Shown here piece after piece: positions 1-10,457 of a stretch of 64,000 nucleotides of DNA. A model generated the notes under the pieces. It saw nothing but the letters and a program-made list of their open reading frames with translations, was not told the origin of the DNA and did no database searches. The position numbers and the translations under genes were made by a program. Every line of letters begins with the position of its first letter. Position 1 is the first letter of the stretch. The DNA lies in contig NC_043000.1 of NCBI RefSeq assembly GCF_006345805.1, forward strand, positions 113,832,001 through 113,896,000, written 5' to 3'. Source of the stretch: Octopus sinensis (taxonomy: Eukaryota).

Positions 1-108
1 TCGAGATTCTACGATTTCCGTTCCATTTGTCAAGCAGACGCTGCCGTAGCCCCAACTGATTTAATTTATTTGACTTATATATTGAGCGCTTTCGAAATAA
101 AAGCCTCG

Positions 109-111
<3 letters not shown>

Positions 112-172
<61 letters not shown>
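112..172. repeat. (GT)n microsatellite
   Basis: Perfect GT run read directly. Confidence 0.98.
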
Positions 173-177
<5 letters not shown>

Positions 178-1704
178 TGTGCGCGTGTTTGTGTATGCAT
201 GTAATGAACAGCTTTTCTTTCATACGTTATTCTGAAAATACGAACCACGGCCTCATCTTCAGAATGCAATAATGATGATAGTACGTTTTACCACGTGTTG
301 AATTGAGCAGGAATAGATCATTAAAACGCCGTAGTTGATAAAATCATCATTTTTCACCTGTCTAACAATTATTCAACAGTATATTTCACATATTTTGCAC
401 CTGTGTCCTGATTTTTTGGTTTATATTTCGTAGTTAATAATCCTTCCGGGATACTTAAAATGGACCAGCAAAAATGTCCCACCTTCTGTAACAGAGAACA
501 AGGCCCCTCCTATTCAACAGGGGCGAGTAACTTTCCACAAGAAATAGCACATATTGCAGTAGCTCACTGTATTCTTTAATAGCACTGAACTGTCATTTTA
601 CTGCTATCAACGGAACTCTGTTTTCAAATCTTTTGAAGCTATTCGTTGTTAATACCATTCTATAATTTTAATGAAATGTTTAATTTCACTGCAGTTACAA
701 TCGAAATCAAGAGGATCTATTCTTATCAATCGTACCAAAGTTCCTTCCGATTCAGCACATTTAAACATCTTATTTTAACCGTGCGTACTTGGAAAGTGGT
801 GCCTAATTAAGGATAAAAAGTTCCTGGTGACGATTGTGCAGGCAGACATCTAGGTTGAGCGGAGGATTGAACCAGCTTACTTTCTCCTTTCTAACTCTCT
901 TCGAGACTGTGAGTAGGGTATTTAAGATGTACACAAGTACTCGCTAGCACCACTCCTTACTGATGTCTCGTTATAGTGGGTGCAACTCTGTCAAAGATAA
1001 TTCTATCTGAAGAGATACGGGAGACTGGAATTCCTATAAATATATACGACTCCTTCGTTAGGCTTTGTAAAGTAATAGTTAGTACCCGCCAGTCTTCAAT
1101 TCTAAAGTAAGATGACGGTGGTTCGGTCGGTAAAGATAATCTTATTCAAGTAAAACCCTTGAAGATTCTTATTTGTTTCTCCTTAAATTTATCCATATTA
1201 TGACTGCTCCTATAACTTGAAACTACCCGTCCGTCGTCTCTATACAAGCCGTTGCTGTGGAGGTATTATCCAATGAGACTTCTTTTCCGAGGCGGTAGCG
1301 TGTCGTCTGAAGGAAAGGCTCTTTGACTCGCAGGATAGCATGTTCAGCTAAAGTTCTAGATGGATTGTTACACTAACTTTGATAAAAGTGAGTGAAGCAG
1401 GTACAAAAAAGTTCGTGTGGGAGAATGATACACATATGATCGCTCGCTACATGGTATTTGATATTACATGATATACATCAAATCACGATGTAATACGTGA
1501 TATTGTATGATATACATATGATCCAGATATTATGTGTGTATCAGTCTACAGATGTCATATCGTACTGGTGGCAAACCATTCAACCTTGGTAGATTTCTTG
1601 CGAGAACAAAGAACACACGTCGGTGATTGAACGTAGAGCATGACACAGTAAAACTCAAGTAGAACTGCAGACATTTTCACTGGCAGATAAACAGATATCT
1701 TTTA

Positions 1705-1850
1705 TCTTTCATCTTTTACTGGTTTCAGTCATTTGACTGCGGCCATGCTGGGGCACCGCCTTGAAGGGTTTCAGTCGAACAAATCAACCCCAGGACTTTT
1801 TAAAGCTTGATACTCATTCTTTCGGAATCCTTTTGATGAACCGTTAAGTT
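1705..1850 (-). mobile_element. SINE family A, 3' fragment
   Basis: Matches the 3' part (actggtttcagtcatttgactgcggccatgctgg...) of full copies at 42370-42765 and 63450-63855. Confidence 0.8.
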
Positions 1851-2209
1851 CAGGACTACTTTGTGCAGTGTTGTTTATTTTTTTAAGGCTGAAAAGCTTT
1901 TCATCAAGGGTCCACTCGATAAGACGGGTTAAGAGCATAAATAACATCGACGATGAAGCTGATGTCATCGACAACAAGAACAACGACAACAGTCAAGGGC
2001 CTCTGCAAAAGGGCCAAGACATCAAACAGAAGGAACTACTGACTTCGTCAAAGTTGCTATATTAGAGGGTATTGAAGAGTATTTGGGAGTAAGCGCTAGT
2101 CAATCCAAGAGTTTCTTTATTGTGTGAGAAAACGGGGTTTTGCCAATAAAAACACGTATAATTGATTTGTAACATGACCACTTTTAACAAACTTTACCAG
2201 AGTAAACTA

Positions 2210-2242
2210 AGTGTCTATCTGTTTTACTATCTCTCTGTCTTA

Positions 2243-2304
<62 letters not shown>

Positions 2305-2305
2305 C

Positions 2306-2345
<40 letters not shown>

Positions 2346-2360
2346 CTTATCTATCTATCA

Positions 2361-2422
<62 letters not shown>

Positions 2423-2726
2423 TTATCTATCTATCTATTTATCTATCTATCTATTTATCTATCTATTATCTATCTATCAATTAATAAGTACAGACATAAA
2501 GATATAAATATATATGTATGTATGTGTGTGTATGCTTGTATGTATGTATGTATGTATGTATGTTGTATGTATGTATGTATGTATGTATGTATGTATGTAT
2601 GTATAAATAAGTATGTGTGTATATGTATATGTATTTTCCCTCACGCTCACATATTTATGCATACGCATATACACGTATGCATGCATACATACATACATAC
2701 ATACATACATACATACATACATACAT
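2210..2726. repeat. Compound (TCTA)n, (TATG)n and (ATAC)n microsatellites
   Basis: Tetranucleotide runs; they explain the low-complexity ORFs in the track. Confidence 0.97.
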
Positions 2727-3249
2727 CTACCAATGTGCACATACACACAGAGACAAATGGAAAGTGAGTGTGTCTCGAAGAGGACATTCGCACGTACCTG
2801 TGCGTGTGTGTACATAAACGTATATAATAAGCTTATGATATTGAGATTAACGGCAAATGTTGTCACGAATTGTAGAGATGGCCATGATAGGGACGGTAGC
2901 CAGCCAACAGATACATCACGTGACTTCCGGTTTGAGAGTGAGCAATGCTATAGACCGGTGTAACGCGAAATCTGGTTATAAAATTTACATTATGACAAAT
3001 GTTTTCAAAGGACAGACTTTTGGGGAAATAATTTTGCATCAATGGGCAAGGCGTATGTGGAACTGTGTAGCAACTATTGCTGCTGTTGTTGCTGTTGTTT
3101 AGCGCCCAGCTCAGTTCTGATACAGCAGAACTACCATCAAAAGTGTTCCAACCGCGACCATTCCATCTAATGTTCAGACGTAATATATTTAGGACTACCT
3201 TCTCCACAGAAGTAGTGAAGTAATTGGCTGGTGTCCAGTGAGTTCATAT

Positions 3250-3254
3250 TTCTT

Positions 3255-3340
<86 letters not shown>

Positions 3341-3368
3341 CATTATTATTATTATTATTATTATTATT
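3250..3368. repeat. (TTC)n + (TTA)n tract; (AAT)n 3' tail or target of the adjacent element on the minus strand
   Basis: Direct reading. Confidence 0.95.
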
Positions 3369-3657
3369 GAGTGAGAGAGCAATGCATGCCACCAAAGTGA
3401 CACTGGGGTACAACGATACGAAGCCCAGTATACCCATCATGACTACCCGTCTGATAAGGGTTCACTAGGCACATGCATCATAACCATATGTGCGCGACAT
3501 GATGATCTCATATCAAAATAAACAGCACATGACCTTCCAGGTGGGGCCCGGTTAGAATTTTCTTCAGGTCATGTAAACCATCCCGCTCAAAAGGTCCCTG
3601 AATAAGGGTTGTTTAAGGATGTTGAACGAATCACCCATGTTTTCCAAAGGTGACTTA

Positions 3658-4948
3658 CGAGGGGCGTTCAATAAGTAATGCCCCTGACCCACTTCCCATA
3701 GCAGTAGAGCAACGAAACTTGGCACAGTTATTAGTCTTTTTCTACATAGGAACCACCCAGAGTTACGCATTTCTCCCATCGTTTGATGCGGCTCTGGAGA
3801 CCGTTTTTGTAGAAGAACCCAGCTTGGTCCTCCAACCTCAACGTGACTTCAGAAATCAAGGCTGCATCATCTGGGAAACGCTTTCCTTTCAAAAACAACT
3901 TCATGATTGGGAAGAGGTGAAAATCAGAGGGTGCAAGGTCAGGAAAGTAGGGGGGATGGGGAGGAGTTCATAGCCATACGCCTGTGCTTCTGATCTGGCG
4001 ACAAGCGAGTTGTAGACCGGAGCGTTGTCCTGCAGGAGGAGGATGCCTTTGCTGATCTTGCCCCGCCTCTTGATTTTGATAACTTCTCTTAATTTCCTCA
4101 AAAGTGAAGCATAATAGGCTCCTGCAATTGTGGTACCCTTTGCCAGGAAATCTGTCATCACTACTCCGTCCTGGTCCCAGAAGACTGTGAGCATGACCTT
4201 GCCAGCGGAGGGCTGCACCCTTGCCTTCTTTAGAGGGGGTGAGTCACGGTGCTTCCACTGCATTGACTGGGCTTTGGTCTCTGGATCATCGTGATGGACC
4301 CAGGTTTCATCCTGTGTAATCAGTCTTTTGAAAAATTTTGACTCATCTTCTTGGCACATCTCCAAATTCACCCTCGAGCACTCGACGCGTTCTTGCTTCT
4401 GGAAAGGCGTGAGCAACCTGGGAATCCATCTGGCAGACACCTTTTGCATATGCAAATGGTCATGAATGATAGTTTCCACAGACCCGGTACTAATCTTGAC
4501 CTCATGGGCTATTTGGCGAATAATTATGCGTCGATCTTCCAAAATGGCAGCCTCAACTTGACGGACAGATGCCTCATCAATGGCAGAAGGGAGCGACCAG
4601 ATCTGGGAGCTGTTTCCACAGAGTTCCGACCATGTTTGAATTCACGATGCCAGCGTTTTACAAGGTCATATGATGGGGCATCATCATCATAAGTTACTTT
4701 CATTTCATCAAAAGTCTCCCGTGGTGTGCGTCCTTTCAAATACAAAAACCGGATCACTGCTCGACACTCAACAGGCTCCATTTCACACTTGACTCGGTTC
4801 AAACACCTGTAAATCAGAAACCACATTTAATTCAGAGCTGTAATTTGCCACCTACTCTATAGAGATATAAATGATTGCACATGCAAAATTTCAGCTAGAT
4901 CAAACAACTGCAAGTGGGTCAGAGGCATTACTTATTGAACGTCCCTCG
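3658..4948 (-). mobile_element. Full-length mariner DNA transposon (irritans/Hsmar2-like ends)
   Basis: 1291 bp; TA TSD at 3656-57 and 4949-50; 37-bp TIRs cgagggg/acgttcaataagtaatgcc(c/t)ctgacccactt with 2 mismatches; the empty site is visible in copy 2 (gaatTAttcaaac). Confidence 0.97.
3731..4781 (-). pseudogene. Mariner DD34D transposase with two frameshifts
   Basis: MEPVECRAVIRFLYLKG, WIPRLL, TQDETW, LQDNAP, YFPDLAPSDF, WEKCVTLGGSYVEKD*; frameshifts near 4590 and 3960. Confidence 0.95.
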
Positions 4949-5222
4949 TATCTAAACCCCAAAGAATCCCTCTCAACACATGGCTAAGATGCTCCCCCAC
5001 TACTTCTGCATGTGGTCAGAGATGCACATATCGTCAGCCACTAAGGGACATGGTCAAATGGTTATGGTCAAACAACTGACAAACAAATCTGTGGTATTGA
5101 GCAGAATATTTGCTGTACCCCATCTTTTATACCAAGACAAAACAACGTACAGGATGACACTTATTATCATCATCATCATCATCATCATTATTATTATTAT
5201 TATTATCATTATTATTATTATT

Positions 5223-5764
5223 GAGTGAGAGAGCAGTTCATGCCATCAAAGTGACACTGGGGTAACATATACGAAGCCCAATATACCCATCATGACTACC
5301 CGTCTGATAAGGGTACACCAGGCACATGCATCACAACATGGTGATCTCATATCAAGATAACCAGCACATGACCTTGCAGGTGGGGCCCAGTTAGAATTTT
5401 CTTCAGGTTGAGTAGCCCATCCCGCTCAAACGGTCTCTGAATAAGGGTTGTTTAAGGATGTTGAAAAAACCACCCATGTTTCCAGAGGTGAATTATTCAA
5501 ACCCCAAAGAATCCCTCTCAACACATAGCTATGATGCTCCCCCACTACTTCTGCTCATGATCAGAGATACACATATCGTCAGCCACTAAGGGACATGCTC
5601 AACTGGTTAAGGTCAAGCAACTGACAAGCAAATCTGTGGTATTGAGCAGAATATTTGCTGTAGCCCATCTTTTATACCAAGACAAAACAATGTACATGAT
5701 AACACTTCCAATCAGTTAAGATCAGAAGCCATGAGAGCCACTGCCTGGTACTGCATCAGGGCTA
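5223..5764 (-). mobile_element. ~540-bp (AAT)n-tailed retroposon, copy 2 (longest)
   Basis: Flanked by (ATC/ATT)n at 5161-5222 and by a 22-bp repeat array then (TTA)n. Confidence 0.9.
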
Positions 5765-5861
5765 TTCTGGTACTGCATCAGGGCTAGCCTGGTACTGCAT
5801 CAGGGCTAGCCTGGTACTGCATCAGGGCTAGCCTGGTACTGCATCAAGGCTAGCCTGGTAC
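5743..5861. repeat. 22-bp tandem repeat gcctggtactgcatcagggcta, 5.4 copies
   Basis: Units start at 5743, 5765, 5787, 5809, 5831, 5853. Confidence 0.97.
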
Positions 5862-5908
<47 letters not shown>

Positions 5909-6271
5909 GAGTAAGAGAGCAGTGAATGCCATCAAAGTGACACTGGGGTACAAAATTATACGAAGCCCTATATACCCTTCATGACTACCCGTCTGATAAG
6001 GGTACACCAGCCATAATGTGCGCGATATGGTGCGCATCACAACCACATGTGCGCGACATGGTGATCTTATATCAAGATAAACAGCGCATTACCTAGCATG
6101 TGGGGCCCAATTAGAATTTTCTTCAAGTCCCATCCCGCTCCAAAGGTCCCTGAATAAGGTTTGTTTAAGGATGATGAACAAAACACCCATGTTTCCATAA
6201 GTGAAGTATTCAAACCCCAAAGAATTCCTCTCAACACACGTCTATGATGCTCTCCCACTACCCCTGCTCGT
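5909..6271 (-). mobile_element. (AAT)n-tailed retroposon, copy 3 (5'-truncated)
   Basis: Colinear with copy 2; (TTA)n at 5862-5908. Confidence 0.88.
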
Positions 6272-6500
6272 GTGCGTGTGTGTGTATGTGTGTTTGCCTT
6301 GTGTATATGAGTGTGTATGCGCTATGTGTATTGCGCGTGCATTGTGTGTGTGTGTGCAGTGTGTGTATGTGTGTGCCTTTTGTGTATGTGTATGTGTGTG
6401 TGTGTGTATGCGTTATGTGTGTGTACGTTGTGTGCGTGTATGTGTGTCTGAGTGTGTATGTCTTGTGTGTGCGTGTATGTGTGTCTGAGTGTGTATGTCT

Positions 6501-6531
<31 letters not shown>

Positions 6532-6563
6532 GTTGTGTGTATGTATGTGTACTATTATTGGCT

Positions 6564-6885
6564 GAAGACGGGTGGCTTAGTGGTTAGGATATTCGGCTCG
6601 CGATCGAAGGGTCGCGAGATCGATACCCGGCGACTTGTTGTGTCCTTGCGCAAGACACTTTATTTCACATTGCTCTAGTCCACTCAGCTAGTAAAAATGA
6701 ATTGTACCTGTATTTCAAAGGGGTGGCCATGTCACATTCCGTGTCACGCTGAATCTTCCTGAGACCTACATTAAGGTCGAGTGTATCTGTGGAATACTCA
6801 GCCACTTGTACATTAATTTCCCGAGCAGGCTGTTCTATTGGTCGGATCAACTGGAGCAGTCGCCGTCGTAACCGACGGAGTGCCA
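6564..6885 (+). mobile_element. tRNA-headed SINE family C
   Basis: A-box-like tggcttagtggttagg, B-box-like gagatcgatacc; homologous to 18717-19035 and 50692-51070. Confidence 0.85.
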
Positions 6886-7344
6886 TATATCATTGGCTTG
6901 GGACACTATCATATCTGTATCGTTTATGTTATGTTATATCACTGGCTCGTGATTGTGTAGAACATGTGTTGTGAGTTTATTATATTTATTTGGTGATGAC
7001 TGTTTTAAGGAAGAGCTTTTACGGGGACGGAAACCCACCAACACCGGTTGAGCTGTTATTTTATTGAGTGACGACTGCATGGAATGTATGTAATGACTAT
7101 TGTTCGGTGGGTGTATTTTGCAAGCTGTACTTTTGAACGAATCTATCTTACGTGGGATGTGGACTGTACCTAACAGGATTTTTTAAAACTGTGTTGATCT
7201 GTAAATCCCAGAATGGCTTATTCTGTTCATGGTTTTTGGCACCTTGGGCAAGTGTCTTCTACTATAGCCTCGGGCTGACCAAAGCCTTGTGAGTGGATTT
7301 GGTAGACGGAAACTAAAAGAAGCCCGTCGTATATATGTGTATGA

Positions 7345-7523
7345 TAGATCGATAGCCATTACGCACATTTTTTTTCTCTCCTTGTTTTTTTTTGTGTCCC
7401 TTTCTGTAGAAGAGCGTAGGCTCGAAACGTAAGAGACTTTTTCAATTCCTGAGCGTTATACTAAAACATCTGTTTGTTTTGTGCACCACCTGTCTTCGTC
7501 TTTTGTTTTTTTTTGTGAATTCT

Positions 7524-7526
<3 letters not shown>
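7345..7526 (+). mobile_element. Short Penelope-type (pLTR-like) element, family X
   Basis: Homologous inverted copy at ~41975-42110; carries a hammerhead-like motif. Confidence 0.6.
7400..7435 (+). ncRNA. Minimal type-I hammerhead-like motif with a variant core (CUGUAGA)
   Basis: P1 cttt/agag, stem II GAGC-gtag-GCTC, GAAA, palindromic ACGT, GUA triplet; A6 replaced by U. Confidence 0.55.
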
Positions 7527-7598
<72 letters not shown>

Positions 7599-7721
7599 AA
7601 AGGGCTTAGTAAAATAAAGTACTTTGCCACATACTGAACTCATTAGAAATAGTAGCTAAAAAAACTTTTTTAAAACTATTTCTAATACTTAAAGAAAATC
7701 TCTTTCTTAAAACTATTGCTG

Positions 7722-7817
<96 letters not shown>

Positions 7818-8074
7818 TGTATGTGTGTATGTATGTGTGTGTATATGTTTGTGCGTCTGTGTTTGTCCCCCAACATCGCTTGACAACCGATGCTGGTGTG
7901 TTTACGTCCCCGTAACTTAGCGGTTCGGCAACAGAGACCGATAGAATAAAGTACTAGGCTTACAAAGAATAAGTTCTGGGGTCGATGTGCTCGACTAAAG
8001 GCGGTGCTCCAGCATGGCCGCAGTCACATGACTGAAACAAGTAAAAGAGAGTAAAAAAGTATATCAAGAATTCT

Positions 8075-8500
8075 AATCATTGGTTTTACTGTTTCTTGTT
8101 TCAAAACTCCACGGCTGATAGAATTCCAATACTCTTAGCTTGACAGTTCCTCAACCTTCTGCAAGACGATATTTTCGTCAGAAGGCATTGAGGTGTGTGC
8201 ATGTGTCAAAGAACAGAGATTCGAGTTCCTGTCCCTCACAATTACACCTGGACGATTTGATTTGCTCACCTTGGCAGTTCTGGATGATTCTAGCACGTCA
8301 TTATCATAAACAACGTTTGGTTCATGCTTACCATTTTCATGATGAAGTATTGGTTTATCAGCCAGTAATCATTGCTGCCGTATTTGTGAATTTGTTTGGA
8401 ATTTGGAAGAACTCGACAGCCGGAAATGATATGGCCAATTTGCTGATTGTACAAATGGCCACTGTACATCTTGCCATAGTCTGCACTTGATAGTAACCAC
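8075..8500 (-). pseudogene. Decayed R4/Dong-like LINE zinc-knuckle + RLE fragment
   Basis: Minus-strand IGHIISGCRVLPNSKQIH and NRPGVIVRDR...SMPSDENIVLQKVEELSS resemble HIVSGC..L and RPD..DVS.P motifs. Confidence 0.65.
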
Positions 8501-8572
8501 TTACTTACGGATTTGGTTCTTAAAGTTATTTGTATTAAGTATTGGTTCCATACACCTAATACTAGACCTTCC

Positions 8573-9361
8573 GGAGGTGGAGAGCTGGCAGAGTCGTTAG
8601 CACGCCGAGCGAAATGCTTTGCAGTATTTCGTCTGCCGGTATTTCGTTTTAAGTTCAAATTCCGCCGAGGTAGACTTTGCCTTTCATCTTTTCGGGGTCG
8701 ATTAAATAAATACCAGTTACACACTGGGGTCGATGTAATCGACTTAATCCGTCTGACTGTCCTTGTTTGTCTCCTCTGTGTTTAGCCCCTTGTAAGTAGT
8801 AAAGAAATAGGTATTTCGTCTGCCGCTACGTTCTGAGTTCAAATTCCGCCGAGGTCGACTTTGCCTTTCATCCTTTCGGGGTCGATTAAATAAGTACTAG
8901 TTACGTACTGGGGTCGATATAATCGACTTAATCCGTCTGACTGTCCTTGTTTGTCTCCTCTGTGTTTAGCCCCTTGTAAGTAGTAAAGAAATAGGTATTT
9001 CGTCTGCCGCTACGTTCTGAGTTCAAATTCCGCCGAGGTCGACTTTGCCTTTCATCCTTTCGGGGTCGATTAAATAAGTACCAGTTACGCACTAGGGTCG
9101 ATATAATAGACTTAATCCGTCTGTCTTTCCTTGTTTGTCCTCTCTGTGTTTAGCCCCTTGTGGGTAGTAAAGAAATAGGTATTTCGTCTGCTGCTACGTC
9201 CAGAGTTCAAATTCTGCCGAGGTCGGCTTTGTCTTTCATCCTTCCGGGGTCGATAAATTAAGTACCAGTTACGTACTGGGGTCGATATAATAGACATAAT
9301 CCCTTTGTCTGTCTTTGTTTGTCTCCTCTATGTTTAGCTCTTTGTGGGTAATAAAGAAATA
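8573..9361 (+). mobile_element. SINE family B: tRNA head plus four tandem ~184-bp body units
   Basis: Units start at 8624, 8811, 8995, 9179 at gtatttcgtctg; B-box gagttcaaattcc in each. Confidence 0.93.
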
Positions 9362-9841
9362 CATATATTCTATCTATATCATCTTACTAGTAGCTTCCTG
9401 AATTTTCTTTCAAAACTTCCAGTTGCTATGTTGAAACTGTTATTTATACCCATTTTTACACCCATTACCTTATTACTGACAATGAAATGACTTCAGTTTT
9501 TAAAATCAATGTGACGCTTCTATAGTTTCCTGCCATAACATCCTCTGTCAGTTCTGTCTATTGTCTTATCAATTTACCCTATTACTCATTATTTGCGTGG
9601 GTGGTTCTGGTCAAATTCTCTGACTTCAATCTCAAGATCAGACTTAATTTCCTTTCTACGGTTTTAGTTTTTTATTACAAACTTTCACAGCACACCGAGT
9701 GCAGTACGTAAATGTTTTTGCTTACAAACAATGCTTTGCTTTCCTTCTTTTGTGTGTGTCTTTCTTGCACTGAAAGCAGTCTCTGAATGTTACACGTAGC
9801 CATACTATCCTCCGTATGTGCTATATATGTAATGCTAAAAA

Positions 9842-10256
9842 GGCGGCGATCTGGCAGAAACGTTAGCACGCCGGGCGAAATGCTTAGCGGTATTTCGTCT
9901 GCCGTTACGTTCTGAGTTCAAATACCGCCGAGGTTGACTTTGCCCTTCCTCCTTTCGGGGTCGATATATAAAGTACCAGTTTCGCACTCGGGTCGATGTA
10001 ATCGACTTAATCCGTTTGTCTGTCCTTGTTTGTCCTCTCTGCGTTTAGCCCCTTGTGGGTAGTAAAAAAATAGGTATTTCGTCTGTCGTAACGTCCTGAG
10101 TTCAAATTCCGCCGAGGTCGACTTTGCCTTTCATCCTTTCGGGGTCAAAAAATAAAGTACCAGTTTCGCACTGGGGATCGATGTAATCGACTTAATCCGT
10201 TTGTCTGTCCTTGTTTGTCCCCTCTATGTTTAGCCCCTTGTGGGTAGTAAAGAAAT
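9842..10256 (+). mobile_element. SINE family B dimer
   Basis: Head ggcggcgatctggcagaaacgttagc; second unit starts at 10074 with the same junction. Confidence 0.92.
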
Positions 10257-10457
10257 ATATATGTAATGCTAAATCTTGGCGTTTGGGTAATTATTTATCT
10301 GCATTTCTAAGCTGCCTAATATTTTAGAGACTGTTGTTGTTTTGAATTCCCATATTCTACTGACCTAAATTTTCAGACATGAATATTACACAATCCATCA
10401 ATGAGACATAATTATGTCGAAAGAATTTTGTCTCTTGAAACACAGAAAGTCGTATCA

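Larger units (their letters stand above)
3369..5162 (-). mobile_element. ~540-bp (AAT)n-tailed non-coding retroposon, copy 1 (5'-truncated, split by a mariner)
   Basis: 3369-3657 plus 4951-5162 is colinear with the uninterrupted copy at 5223-5764. Confidence 0.88.
7229..8058 (+). mobile_element. SINE family A with an expanded internal microsatellite linker carrying an inserted element
   Basis: 5' half 7229-7335 and 3' half ~7830-8058 match the full copy at 63450-63855. Confidence 0.8.

Noticed and set aside
5540-5680. HDV-like ribozyme in the (AAT)n-tailed element
   Set aside because: A P1/P3-like pairing can be drawn, but L3, the P1.1 GG and J4/2 motifs do not fit
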